This document shows, in pieces, positions 44,543-53,541 of a stretch of DNA of 64,000 bases; positions within the stretch are counted from its first letter, which is position 1, and each line of letters starts with the position of its first letter. The notes under the pieces are model-generated. The model did not search any database. It was not told the DNA's origin and saw only the letters and a program-made list of their open reading frames with translations. The stretch lies in assembly GCA_002067895.1 (NCBI GenBank), contig MVRE01000007.1:9149-73148 (forward strand). Direction: 5' to 3'. A program made the position numbers and the translations under genes. Source of the stretch: Methanoregula sp. PtaU1.Bin051 (lineage in GTDB: Archaea > Halobacteriota > Methanomicrobia > Methanomicrobiales > Methanospirillaceae).

Positions 44543-45556
44543 ATGGATATGCGTAAAGGAAAAAAGCCAGATTTTCGGGATCGTTATCTTATTTCTGTCG
44601 TTGTTTTTATCTGTCTCATCCAGCTCATCGGTGCTGTCGGGGCGACCATGACCGGCACAGCCCATGCAGAACTGAGACCTGCTTCGCCACCCCCGCCCCT
44701 TCTTCCCGGTCAGTCAGCAGCGACATACCCTGTCGGGTTCTATGGGTTATCATTCAATGCCGATAACCGGAACATGCTGGAACTCGATCTCGGGGCAGCA
44801 CAGACCGTTAACGCGGAAGTTACCAGTTTCCCGGATCGAATTGAGGTATACCAGCACAGCTCCCCTGCAGTCCTGATAACATTCTGGGGCAACGCGTTTG
44901 AATATTCTGACGGGAAAATTGTCGGAAAAGTAACCCGCTCGGATTTTGTTACAAGCCCCCTGACCAGCAACATCACCGAAGGGGACGTGACTGGTTCAAT
45001 CCGGGTCCAGCTGCTTGCCCTTGAGGGCCGTGCTGACTGCAGGACAATGTTCGATGCAAATGCTACCGCCGGTGAAGAATCACAATTCCGGGATATGGCG
45101 ACCTCGCAGAACCTGGCCTATACCAGTACGGCTTTTACATTCAATATCACAAAGGTTAACCTTGCACAAACCGGTACTGCAAACCTTACGTTTACCGTGC
45201 CGGCCCAATGGGTATCCGCTCACGGCGGATCGGAAAATGTATACATAGCGAGAATCAGCGAAAAGGATCACAGTACGCAGATCCTCAATACAAGTTACCT
45301 TGGATTGGATCCCTCAGGGGCCATGAAATTTTCAGCGTATTCCCCGGACGGGACATCTCTCTTTGGGATGATTACTGCAAAACTCCAGCTTGAAAAAGGT
45401 GTCGAACCTTCCAAGGGGCAGATTATGACCGATATCGGAATCCTTGCTTACGTTGCCCAGACTGCCCTGGGCAACATCTACGTTCTGGGAGCCGGGATCG
45501 TCGCTGTTGGCGGGATTGTCTATTTTGGTTGGATGAGAGGGAAGGCAGATAGATAA
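44543..45556 (+). CDS. surface protein consisting of signal peptide, the ~230-aa domain shared with 36615..39818, and a TM anchor
   Basis: YPVGFYGLSFNADNRNMLELDL...EVYQHSSPAVLITFWGN... aligns residue for residue with the C-terminal domain of the 1067-aa protein. Confidence 0.65.
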   Translation: MDMRKGKKPDFRDRYLISVVVFICLIQLIGAVGATMTGTAHAELRPASPPPPLLPGQSAATYPVGFYGLSFNADNRNMLELDLGAAQTVNAEVTSFPDRIEVYQHSSPAVLITFWGNAFEYSDGKIVGKVTRSDFVTSPLTSNITEGDVTGSIRVQLLALEGRADCRTMFDANATAGEESQFRDMATSQNLAYTSTAFTFNITKVNLAQTGTANLTFTVPAQWVSAHGGSENVYIARISEKDHSTQILNTSYLGLDPSGAMKFSAYSPDGTSLFGMITAKLQLEKGVEPSKGQIMTDIGILAYVAQTALGNIYVLGAGIVAVGGIVYFGWMRGKADR

Positions 45557-45589
45557 TTATTTTATTCTGTTACTGGAATAGGGGCAGCA

Positions 45590-45775
45590 TCACATATCGC
45601 AACGAAGCTTTCCGGCCTTCCCGATATTTTCCAGATCGTGCTCGTCGATCAGGATCGTGACAATCTCCGGATCTACTCCAAGCGTGGAAACAAGCGTGTC
45701 AGTGAACTCCTTTACAATCCTGCGCTTCTGGTCTTTCGACCAGCCTCTCTTCATTTTGAGAATAACAACAGGCAT
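45590..45775 (-). CDS. 4-oxalocrotonate tautomerase-family protein (61 aa)
   Basis: MPVVILKM... begins with the catalytic Pro1 after Met and has the typical ~60-aa length. The ORF-track 168-aa form is trimmed to the ATG at 45775. Confidence 0.75.
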   Translation of the reverse strand: MPVVILKMKRGWSKDQKRRIVKEFTDTLVSTLGVDPEIVTILIDEHDLENIGKAGKLRCDM

Positions 45776-45889
45776 AAAAACACCACTTTGCAGGATAAGG
45801 TAGGCGTTTGGGTTATTTGGAGGTATCACTTTCACGTTGCCCGCAGCGCAGGAACTATACGCTTCCGGTGCAATTCTTAGCCACGATTC

Positions 45890-48697
45890 ATGGACTCCGT
45901 CATCATCCGCGGCGCGCGGCAGCATAACCTGAAGAATATCAACGTTACAATCCCCCGCGACAAGCTTGTCGTGATAACCGGTGTATCCGGCTCCGGCAAA
46001 TCGACACTCGCGTTCGATACGCTCTATGCCGAGGGCCAGCGGCGGTATGTCGAGTCCCTCTCGGCATATGCACGCCAGTTCCTTGGCCTGATGCACAAGC
46101 CGGACGTGGACGCAATCGAGGGGCTCTCACCGGCGATCTCGATCGAGCAGAAGACAACCTCAAAGAACCCGCGTTCGACCGTCGGGACAACTACAGAGAT
46201 CTATGATTATCTGAGGCTTCTCTATGCCCGGATCGGTATACCATACTGCCCCGAGCACAACATCCCTATTGCTTCCCAGACTCCCGACCGGATTGCCGAC
46301 AGGATTGCCGCCGAACATCCCGGCATGGTCACGATCCTCTCACCCATCGTCCGGCAGAAGAAAGGCACATACCAGCAACTCCTCCGCGACCTGAACAAGG
46401 AGGGATACACCAGGGTCCGGGTGAACAAGAAGATCATCCGTACCGATGAGGAGATCAACCTCGAACGGTACAAAAAACAGGATATTGAGGTCGTCATCGA
46501 CCGGGTGGAGACGGCCGACCGGTCCCGGCTCACCGAGGCCGTGGAGAGTGCACTTAAGAAGTCCGAGGGGCTCGTGCTCGTTGTGGATGCAGATGAACAA
46601 GAGGCGACGTATTCCTCCCTTATGGCCTGTCCGGTCTGCGGGCTCGCATTCGAGGAGCTCCAGCCACGGATGTTCTCGTTCAACAGCCCGTTCGGGGCAT
46701 GTACGGAGTGCCACGGGCTTGGCGTGAAGATGGAGTTCGATGCCGATCTCATCATCCCGGACAAGACCCGGTGCATAGCGGATGGCGCGATCGCGCCGTA
46801 CCGGAACCCGATGGACGGGTTCCGGGGCCAGTACCTTGCCACTGTTGCCCGACACTTCGGGTTTGATGCATTAACCCCGATCAAGGACCTATCAAGGGAG
46901 CAGTATGACGCGCTGATGTACGGGTCACCGGAACGGATGAAGTTCTCAATGAGCATGAAGAACGGGGATGCCCACTGGTCGCATACCGGCGAATGGGAGG
47001 GTCTCCTGCCCCAGACGGCGCGGCTCTATGCGCAGACGCAGTCCGAATGGCGCAAGCGGGAACTGGAACAGTTCATGCGGGTCTTCCCCTGCCCTGCCTG
47101 CGGGGGAAAAAGGCTGAAGGACAAAGTGCTCGCCGTCCGCGTTAACGGAAAATCGATCATCGATGTGACGGATCTCTCTGTATCAGCCTGCATCCGGTTC
47201 TTTGCAGAGCTCCCGCTGACGGCAAAGGAGGAGGGGATTGCACGGCAGGTGATCAAGGAGATCCGGGCCCGGCTGGATTTCCTGGAAAAGGTCGGCCTTG
47301 GCTACCTGACCCTCTCACGTTCATCCGGCACGCTCTCAGGTGGCGAGGCGCAGCGGATACGGCTCGCCACCCAGATTGGCTCCAACCTCATGGGCGTGCT
47401 GTACGTGCTGGACGAACCGTCGATCGGGCTTCACCAGCGGGACAACCGGAAGCTGATCGAAACGCTCCAGACGCTCCGGGACCTTGGGAACACCTTGATC
47501 GTTGTCGAGCATGACGAGGACATGATCCGGCACGCGGATCACGTGATCGACATGGGACCCGGCGCCGGCATGCATGGCGGCGAGGTTGTCGCGGCAGGGA
47601 CGCCACGGCAGATCGAGAAATGCAAAAAGTCGCTCACCGGCCAGTACCTGTCAGGTACTAAGAAAATTGATGTCCCGGAAAGCAGGCGAAAACCCGGCCG
47701 GTTCCTTACACTGAAGGGGTGCAGGGAGAACAACCTCAAGAATATCGACGTGAAGTTTCCCATCGGCCTCTTAACCGTTGTCACCGGCGTCTCAGGTTCC
47801 GGCAAGTCCACGCTTGTATACGACACCCTGTACAAAGGGATGATGCAGGAACTCCACGAGTCCAGGGAACCTGCGGGCAAGCACGATGCCATCGAGTACG
47901 GGTCACTTATCGACAAGGTGATCGTAATCGACCAGAGCCCGATCGGGCGGACTCCCCGGTCCAACCCGGCGACATATACTAAATTGTTCGACGATATCCG
48001 GAAGATCTTTGCTGAGACGAAGGAGGCCAGGCTGCGCGGCTTCACGCCGGGCCGTTTCTCCTTCAACCTCCGCGGCGGGCGGTGCGAGGCGTGCCAGGGC
48101 GACGGCCTGATCCGGATCGAGATGAACTTCCTCCCCGATGTCTTTATAGAGTGCGAGGAATGCAAGGGGAAACGGTACAACCGCGAAACACTCGAGGTAA
48201 AATACAAGGGAAAATCCATTGCCGATGTACTGGACATGAGTGTCGAGGAGGCACTTGCCCTGTTTGCCAACATCCCCTCGATCCGTGGCAAACTTGAAAT
48301 GCTCTCCCGCGTCGGCCTCGATTACATCAAGCTCGGCCAGAGCGCGACTACTCTATCAGGCGGGGAGGCCCAGCGGATCAAGCTGACCCGCGAACTTGCC
48401 AAGCGGGCGACCGGTAAGACCCTCTACCTCCTTGACGAACCCACGACCGGGCTCCACTTCGATGATGTGAAAAAGCTGATCAAGGTGCTTGACGATCTTG
48501 TCGCAAAGGGTAACACGGTCGTCGTGATCGAGCATAACCTCGATGTCATCAAATCGGCCGACCATATCATCGATATCGGCCCCGATGGCGGGGATGCCGG
48601 GGGGGAGATCGTGGCAACGGGGACACCGGAGGAAGTTACTGGTGTGAAACGAAGCTATACCGGCGAATTTTTAAGGGGGATTCTCGATCGGGTTTAA
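45890..48697 (+). CDS. uvrA: excinuclease ABC subunit A
   Basis: Two ABC modules (GVSGSGKST twice), zinc-finger cysteines, 935 aa. Confidence 0.95.
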   Translation: MDSVIIRGARQHNLKNINVTIPRDKLVVITGVSGSGKSTLAFDTLYAEGQRRYVESLSAYARQFLGLMHKPDVDAIEGLSPAISIEQKTTSKNPRSTVGTTTEIYDYLRLLYARIGIPYCPEHNIPIASQTPDRIADRIAAEHPGMVTILSPIVRQKKGTYQQLLRDLNKEGYTRVRVNKKIIRTDEEINLERYKKQDIEVVIDRVETADRSRLTEAVESALKKSEGLVLVVDADEQEATYSSLMACPVCGLAFEELQPRMFSFNSPFGACTECHGLGVKMEFDADLIIPDKTRCIADGAIAPYRNPMDGFRGQYLATVARHFGFDALTPIKDLSREQYDALMYGSPERMKFSMSMKNGDAHWSHTGEWEGLLPQTARLYAQTQSEWRKRELEQFMRVFPCPACGGKRLKDKVLAVRVNGKSIIDVTDLSVSACIRFFAELPLTAKEEGIARQVIKEIRARLDFLEKVGLGYLTLSRSSGTLSGGEAQRIRLATQIGSNLMGVLYVLDEPSIGLHQRDNRKLIETLQTLRDLGNTLIVVEHDEDMIRHADHVIDMGPGAGMHGGEVVAAGTPRQIEKCKKSLTGQYLSGTKKIDVPESRRKPGRFLTLKGCRENNLKNIDVKFPIGLLTVVTGVSGSGKSTLVYDTLYKGMMQELHESREPAGKHDAIEYGSLIDKVIVIDQSPIGRTPRSNPATYTKLFDDIRKIFAETKEARLRGFTPGRFSFNLRGGRCEACQGDGLIRIEMNFLPDVFIECEECKGKRYNRETLEVKYKGKSIADVLDMSVEEALALFANIPSIRGKLEMLSRVGLDYIKLGQSATTLSGGEAQRIKLTRELAKRATGKTLYLLDEPTTGLHFDDVKKLIKVLDDLVAKGNTVVVIEHNLDVIKSADHIIDIGPDGGDAGGEIVATGTPEEVTGVKRSYTGEFLRGILDRV

Positions 48698-48780
48698 TCC
48701 GGCTTGGTAACATCCATGTTTTTTGGAATTCTTACGGAAATCCTCCCCCTGATCCATACCTTCATCAGGCAGGAAATCAT

Positions 48781-48789
48781 TTATATATA
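48781..48789 (+). promoter_or_regulatory. TTATATATA TATA box upstream of aIF-1A
   Basis: Read directly. 34-48 nt upstream of the ATGs at 48823 and 48829. Confidence 0.5.
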
Positions 48790-48932
48790 CCAACGGAGTT
48801 GTTGCGATTAATCCAAAAGGAAATGCGAATGGATCCAGCGAACCAGCGGAATTCAACCCGGATGGTACGCCGGTAATCCGCGTCCGGCTGCCCAAAAAGA
48901 AGAACCGCGAACAGTTTGCCTGCGCCCAGCTG

Positions 48933-49142
48933 ATGATGGGGGCAAACCACATCAAGGTCCGGTGCCACGATGGCGTGGAGCGGATGGGGCGGATAAAAGG
49001 CAAGATCAAGAAAAGGGCATGGATCCGCGAAGGAGACATTCTCATCATCGTCCCATGGAGTTTTCAGGATGAGAAATGTGACATTATACACAGGTATCTT
49101 CCCCCGCAGGTTGACTGGCTGCGGAAGAACAATTATCTCTGA
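48933..49142 (+). CDS. translation initiation factor aIF-1A (as called, N-terminally short; conserved frame continues upstream to about 48840 without a start codon)
   Basis: GANHIKVRCHDGVERMGRIKGKIKKRAWIREGDILIIVPW is the aIF-1A S1/OB core. The upstream in-frame ...PVIRVRLPKKKNREQF is also aIF-1A-like. Confidence 0.7.
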   Translation: MMGANHIKVRCHDGVERMGRIKGKIKKRAWIREGDILIIVPWSFQDEKCDIIHRYLPPQVDWLRKNNYL

Positions 49143-49219
49143 TATCTTCTCCAATACATTTCAGATGATTTTTGAAGCTGACGATTCTTTCATCGTGCCC
49201 CCTGCCCTATAGTGATCCA

Positions 49220-50572
49220 ATGAACACCTCTTTCTCATTCGGACAGTTCAGGATTTCACCAAAGATATTACGGGGTATCAAAGACATGGGATTTGAAGAG
49301 CCCACGCCCATCCAGCTTGCCGCAATCCCGGCAATCCTTTCCGGTAGAGATATCACCGGCCAGGCCCAGACCGGTACAGGCAAAACCGCAGCGTTCGGTA
49401 TACCGGCGCTCGAACGCCTTGACCCCCACCGGAAAAAGACGCAGGTTCTCGTTGTCTCACCGACCCGTGAGCTTGCCATCCAGACCGCCGAAGAGATCGC
49501 CCGGCTCGCCCGGCACTTAAGCGGCGTTACCGTGCTGCCCGTCTATGGCGGCCAGCCTATCGAACGCCAGCTCCGATCCCTTGCAGCCGGTGTTATGATC
49601 GTCGTAGGGACGCCGGGGCGTCTGCTCGATCACCTCCGGCGAAGGACTCTCGACCTGTCCGCAGTGCGGTTTGTTGTACTCGATGAAGCGGACCAGATGC
49701 TGGATATGGGCTTTCTGCCCGATATTGAGGCGATCCTGAAAAAGACGCCGAAAAACCGTCAGACGGTGCTCTTCTCGGCAACCCTGCCCGGGCCAATCCT
49801 TGCGATCTCAGAAAGGTTCCAGAATAACCCTGAATTCATCGCAGTATCGAGGAAAGAGCTGACCGTGCCTCTGGTCGAGCAGCTGTATATCGAGGTCCAC
49901 TCCCGGGACAAGTTAGACGTACTCTGCAGGCTACTCGATCAGTATAACCCGAAACTGGTTCTCGTCTTCTGTAATACGAAACGCAGGGTGGATCAGGTAG
50001 TCAAACGCCTGCGCGAACGGGGCATCCGGGCGGAAGGCCTGCATGGCGACCTGAAACAGAGCCGAAGGGACCGGGTGATGGCAGGGTTCCGTAACGGGGA
50101 AGTCGACCTGCTCGTCGCCTCCGATGTCGCCGCACGCGGGATCGATGTACAGAATGTCGACCTTGTTGTCAACTACGACGTCCCGCAGGATGTCGAATAC
50201 TATGTCCACCGGATCGGGCGCACGGCACGCGCCGGGAGGAGCGGGAGGGCGATCACGTTTGCCGGCCCTGATGAGATCTACCGGCTCCGGGCCATCCGGA
50301 GGATTACACCGCTTGCTCCCGAAACATTACCGCAGCCTGCTTCAGTACCGGTTAAAGAGAATGAGCCCACAGGGCTTGCCGGCATGATCAAGCAGACCGT
50401 TGATAGGGGAGGCCTTGAACGCGAGGCTGCACTTATCGAGCAGATCATGGCAGATGATTATACTTCGCAGGAGATAGCGGCTGCGCTCATCCGGCTCGTC
50501 CAGAACAGGTTGTCGCCACAACCATCGCGCGATGATACCAAGAACCGTCAGAAGCGTCCGGGATCCGTATAA
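49220..50572 (+). CDS. DEAD-box ATP-dependent RNA helicase
   Basis: Q motif PTPIQ, AQTGTGKT, VLDEAD, SAT and HRIGRTARAG. ATG at 49220. Confidence 0.88.
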   Translation: MNTSFSFGQFRISPKILRGIKDMGFEEPTPIQLAAIPAILSGRDITGQAQTGTGKTAAFGIPALERLDPHRKKTQVLVVSPTRELAIQTAEEIARLARHLSGVTVLPVYGGQPIERQLRSLAAGVMIVVGTPGRLLDHLRRRTLDLSAVRFVVLDEADQMLDMGFLPDIEAILKKTPKNRQTVLFSATLPGPILAISERFQNNPEFIAVSRKELTVPLVEQLYIEVHSRDKLDVLCRLLDQYNPKLVLVFCNTKRRVDQVVKRLRERGIRAEGLHGDLKQSRRDRVMAGFRNGEVDLLVASDVAARGIDVQNVDLVVNYDVPQDVEYYVHRIGRTARAGRSGRAITFAGPDEIYRLRAIRRITPLAPETLPQPASVPVKENEPTGLAGMIKQTVDRGGLEREAALIEQIMADDYTSQEIAAALIRLVQNRLSPQPSRDDTKNRQKRPGSV

Positions 50573-50690
50573 GGACGGCGTTAATATATCCGGATTTCTG
50601 GTATTGTCCAACTTCCATCATCCCTCCTTCATGGATTTCTGCCCGATCCCCGCCACTTATCTCGTTTCGCATGCATAGTGTAGTGCAGCG

Positions 50691-52256
50691 ATGGTTGATT
50701 ACTTTGCACTCCCTCATTCACCTGGCTGTTACCTGTTCTTGGATGCAGAGGGCACGATCCTCTATGTCGGGAAAGCAAAGGATCTCAGAAAACGGGTTGC
50801 GAGCTATTTTACCAAAGCCGATCACGATGTGAAGACCATCAGGCTGCTCGAACGCGTCGTATCGGTCGATTTTCTCATAACAACAACAGAAGAGGAAGCA
50901 CTCATCCTCGAGAACAACTTAATCAAGAAGCACCAGCCCCGGTACAATATCGACCTGAAGGATGCAAAGCGCTTCGCATATATCGAGATGAGCAAGGAAG
51001 AGTACCCCCGGATTGGCATCGCGAGGCGGACAACGGGCGACGCGGTATATTTCGGGCCGTTTACCTCTGCTGCGGAGCGCGATGCAGTTCTTAAAGTCGC
51101 CCGCCGGATCTTCCGGATGCGCTCCTGCAGGAAGCTGCCGAAGCGGGCGTGCCTCCGGTACCACCTGAAGAGCTGCAGCGGACCCTGCGTCGGGGCGATT
51201 TCCGAGGAGGATTACAGGAGGCAGGCGGACAATGCCGCGCTGTTCCTGAAAGGGAAGGGAAATGAACTGATCTCATCCTTAAAAGAGGAGATGGCAGAGC
51301 GATCTGCCAGACAGGAGTTCGAACAGGCGCTTGCCCTCCGGAACCAGATAAACGCGATTGAGAAGCTCTCCGAGCGGCAGCAGGTCGAAAAAGTGAAGGC
51401 GATCGACCAGGACGTAATCGCTTATCGTCATTCCGGTGGCATGGTATTCCTGATGGTCTTCTCGTTTGAGAAGGGGCGCCTTGTAGGCAAACAGGAGTAC
51501 TCATTCGAAGCCGGGGAAGAGTTCTTGGAAGAATTCCTCGTGCAGTACTATGCAGATCGTGTCCCGCCGGCAGAGATTATACTGCAGGACGTCATTGGGG
51601 GTGCTGTTTCTGAGTATCTAGCTAAAAAGAGAGGGAAGACCGTAACCGTCACAGTGCCAAGAGCCGGCGACAAGAAGAAACAGATCGACCTTGCGCTCAC
51701 CAATATCGATTATGTATTCCTCAAGGACAACATCAAGACGAGCGAGCTTAAAAAAGCCCTCGGCCTTCCGGATCTTCCTGAAGTTATCGAGTGCTTCGAC
51801 ATCTCGCACCTCTCCGGGACGTCCGTTACCGGATCCATGGTGCAGTTCAGGGGCGGCAAACCTGACAAGAAAAATTACCGGAGGTTCCGGATCCGGACTG
51901 TCGAAGGGATCGACGATCTCGCCGCGATAGAAGAGGTTGTCCGGCGCAGGTACAGGCGACTGTGCGATGAAGGATCGGATCTACCGGATCTCATCGTGAT
52001 CGACGGGGGAAAAGGCCAGCTTACTTCTGCCCTAGAGGTACTCGGGGACCTCGGTCTCAAGATTCCCGTTCTGGCTCTTGCCAAGAAAGAGGAGGACGTG
52101 TATCTCCCCGGCGAGATCCTTCCGCGCCGTCTTGACAGGAAAGGGCCGGCGCTCCGGTACCTGCAGGAGATCCGGAACGAGGCCCACCGGTTCGCGGTCG
52201 CCTACCACACCCTGCTCAGGAGCAGGCAGGTTGTCGCGAAGAAATCGCGCCGTTGA
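50691..52256 (+). CDS. uvrC: excinuclease ABC subunit C
   Basis: GIY-YIG N-terminus (GCYLFLD...ILYVGKAKDLRKRVASYF), UVR domain and endonuclease domain. Confidence 0.85.
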   Translation: MVDYFALPHSPGCYLFLDAEGTILYVGKAKDLRKRVASYFTKADHDVKTIRLLERVVSVDFLITTTEEEALILENNLIKKHQPRYNIDLKDAKRFAYIEMSKEEYPRIGIARRTTGDAVYFGPFTSAAERDAVLKVARRIFRMRSCRKLPKRACLRYHLKSCSGPCVGAISEEDYRRQADNAALFLKGKGNELISSLKEEMAERSARQEFEQALALRNQINAIEKLSERQQVEKVKAIDQDVIAYRHSGGMVFLMVFSFEKGRLVGKQEYSFEAGEEFLEEFLVQYYADRVPPAEIILQDVIGGAVSEYLAKKRGKTVTVTVPRAGDKKKQIDLALTNIDYVFLKDNIKTSELKKALGLPDLPEVIECFDISHLSGTSVTGSMVQFRGGKPDKKNYRRFRIRTVEGIDDLAAIEEVVRRRYRRLCDEGSDLPDLIVIDGGKGQLTSALEVLGDLGLKIPVLALAKKEEDVYLPGEILPRRLDRKGPALRYLQEIRNEAHRFAVAYHTLLRSRQVVAKKSRR

Positions 52257-52345
52257 CGCTCCTGATTACCTGTTTTTATGGCTCCACGGGTTCAGAAGAC
52301 TAAAAATAGCCAGAACACGTACAACAATTCGTTAAGGTACAGATT

Positions 52346-52918
52346 ATGACAGACGAAATGGCAGATGCTGAAGCAACCTTCCTGTGCAGTGCAGGGCTGT
52401 TTCCCTGGTGGCTCATCCTCCTGTGGGGGATCCTTGCCCTGATTATTGGCGTGATGTTTTTAACGACTCCTGAGATCACAACCGTACTCCTGATAACGTT
52501 CATGGGAGCGTTCTGGCTGGTCGGAGGGCTGTTCTCGCTGGCAAGCCTGTTTGTCGACAAGACGAACAGGGGCTGGAAGATCTTCCTCGCAATCATCAAC
52601 ATAATTGCCGGTGCGATCATCATGATATACCCGCTCTTCTCAACGATCTTTATCCTCTCGTTCTTCGTCATCTTCATCGGCTTCTTTGCCTGTTTCATCG
52701 GCTGCGCCCACCTGTTTACCGCATTCAGGAACAAGGACGCGGGCAACGGGGTACTCGGGGTCATCAGCCTGATCTTCGGCATACTCATCCTTGTCCATCC
52801 GATGCTGACCGTGGCGCTCCTCCCCTATATTGCAGGCGGTTTCTGCATCGTTTCAGGTCTTTCCGGGATTATCGCATCGTTCATGGCAAAGAAAATGCAG
52901 ACCCCTGCTGCGGCCTAA
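52346..52918 (+). CDS. HdeD/DUF308-family membrane protein
   Basis: Repeated ...GILALIIGVMFL... and ...GAFWLVGGLFSL... helix pairs typical of DUF308. Confidence 0.65.
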   Translation: MTDEMADAEATFLCSAGLFPWWLILLWGILALIIGVMFLTTPEITTVLLITFMGAFWLVGGLFSLASLFVDKTNRGWKIFLAIINIIAGAIIMIYPLFSTIFILSFFVIFIGFFACFIGCAHLFTAFRNKDAGNGVLGVISLIFGILILVHPMLTVALLPYIAGGFCIVSGLSGIIASFMAKKMQTPAAA

Positions 52919-53041
52919 TCCTTCTTTTTCCTGCATGTTGCCGGTACAGCTATGGTTTTTTTTATCGCCACGGCGTTTCCAGACAGAGCCGCTACCGGCA
53001 GATATTAACGGACTCGTAATAACACAAAAGACGGGAAGAAC

Positions 53042-53455
53042 ATGAAAACGGCAAAGGTTTCCGCCACTGTCCTTCTTATTGTCTGTATGACGGTGATGGC
53101 AGGATGCTCCGGTTTTGCCGGAGACCAGCAGGCCGGTGAAAGGACCAACCAGAGCTGGTCGGGATCCTGGATGACAAAAGTAAAGGGCGGGGATGCAGAG
53201 ACCCCCATGGATCTTGTACAGTCGGGTGTCATGGTGTTCGGCACATACGGGTATGGCGACGGGACGATTTCCGCAGTCGTCCAGGACAACAGGCTTAGTG
53301 GTACATGGCATGAGGATGGGGGGAGGTCTGCGGGCCGTCTTGAGTTCGTCCTGTCCGATAACGGGCTTTCGTTCACGGGCTGGTATGCGTACCCGGAAGA
53401 AAATTTTGACGACGTACGGTTGGGTCAGCCCCGCTGGAGAGGCTGGCGTATCTGA
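53042..53455 (+). CDS. small lipoprotein, unknown function
   Basis: Signal peptide with the lipobox-like VMAGC. Confidence 0.5.
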   Translation: MKTAKVSATVLLIVCMTVMAGCSGFAGDQQAGERTNQSWSGSWMTKVKGGDAETPMDLVQSGVMVFGTYGYGDGTISAVVQDNRLSGTWHEDGGRSAGRLEFVLSDNGLSFTGWYAYPEENFDDVRLGQPRWRGWRI

Positions 53456-53541
53456 TTCCTGTACCGCCAGCCGTATCTTTCCGTTTGTCTATTACATAAT
53501 TTAAGGAACCGGGCCGCGATTATTCGGATCTGGTATTTCCT

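Noticed and set aside
45590-46096. 168-aa form of the tautomerase ORF
   Set aside because: Only the last 61 aa match the 4-OT family, with Pro directly after Met. The N-terminal 107 aa overlap the uvrA 5' end and promoter on the opposite strand and look non-coding.
48831-48854. GGATCC and GAATTC sites 12 bp apart at the aIF-1A 5' region, as a sign of cloning artefact
   Set aside because: Two 6-bp sites in 64 kb can be adjacent by chance, and the surrounding sequence is ordinary genomic context. This is noted only because it coincides with the frame problem.
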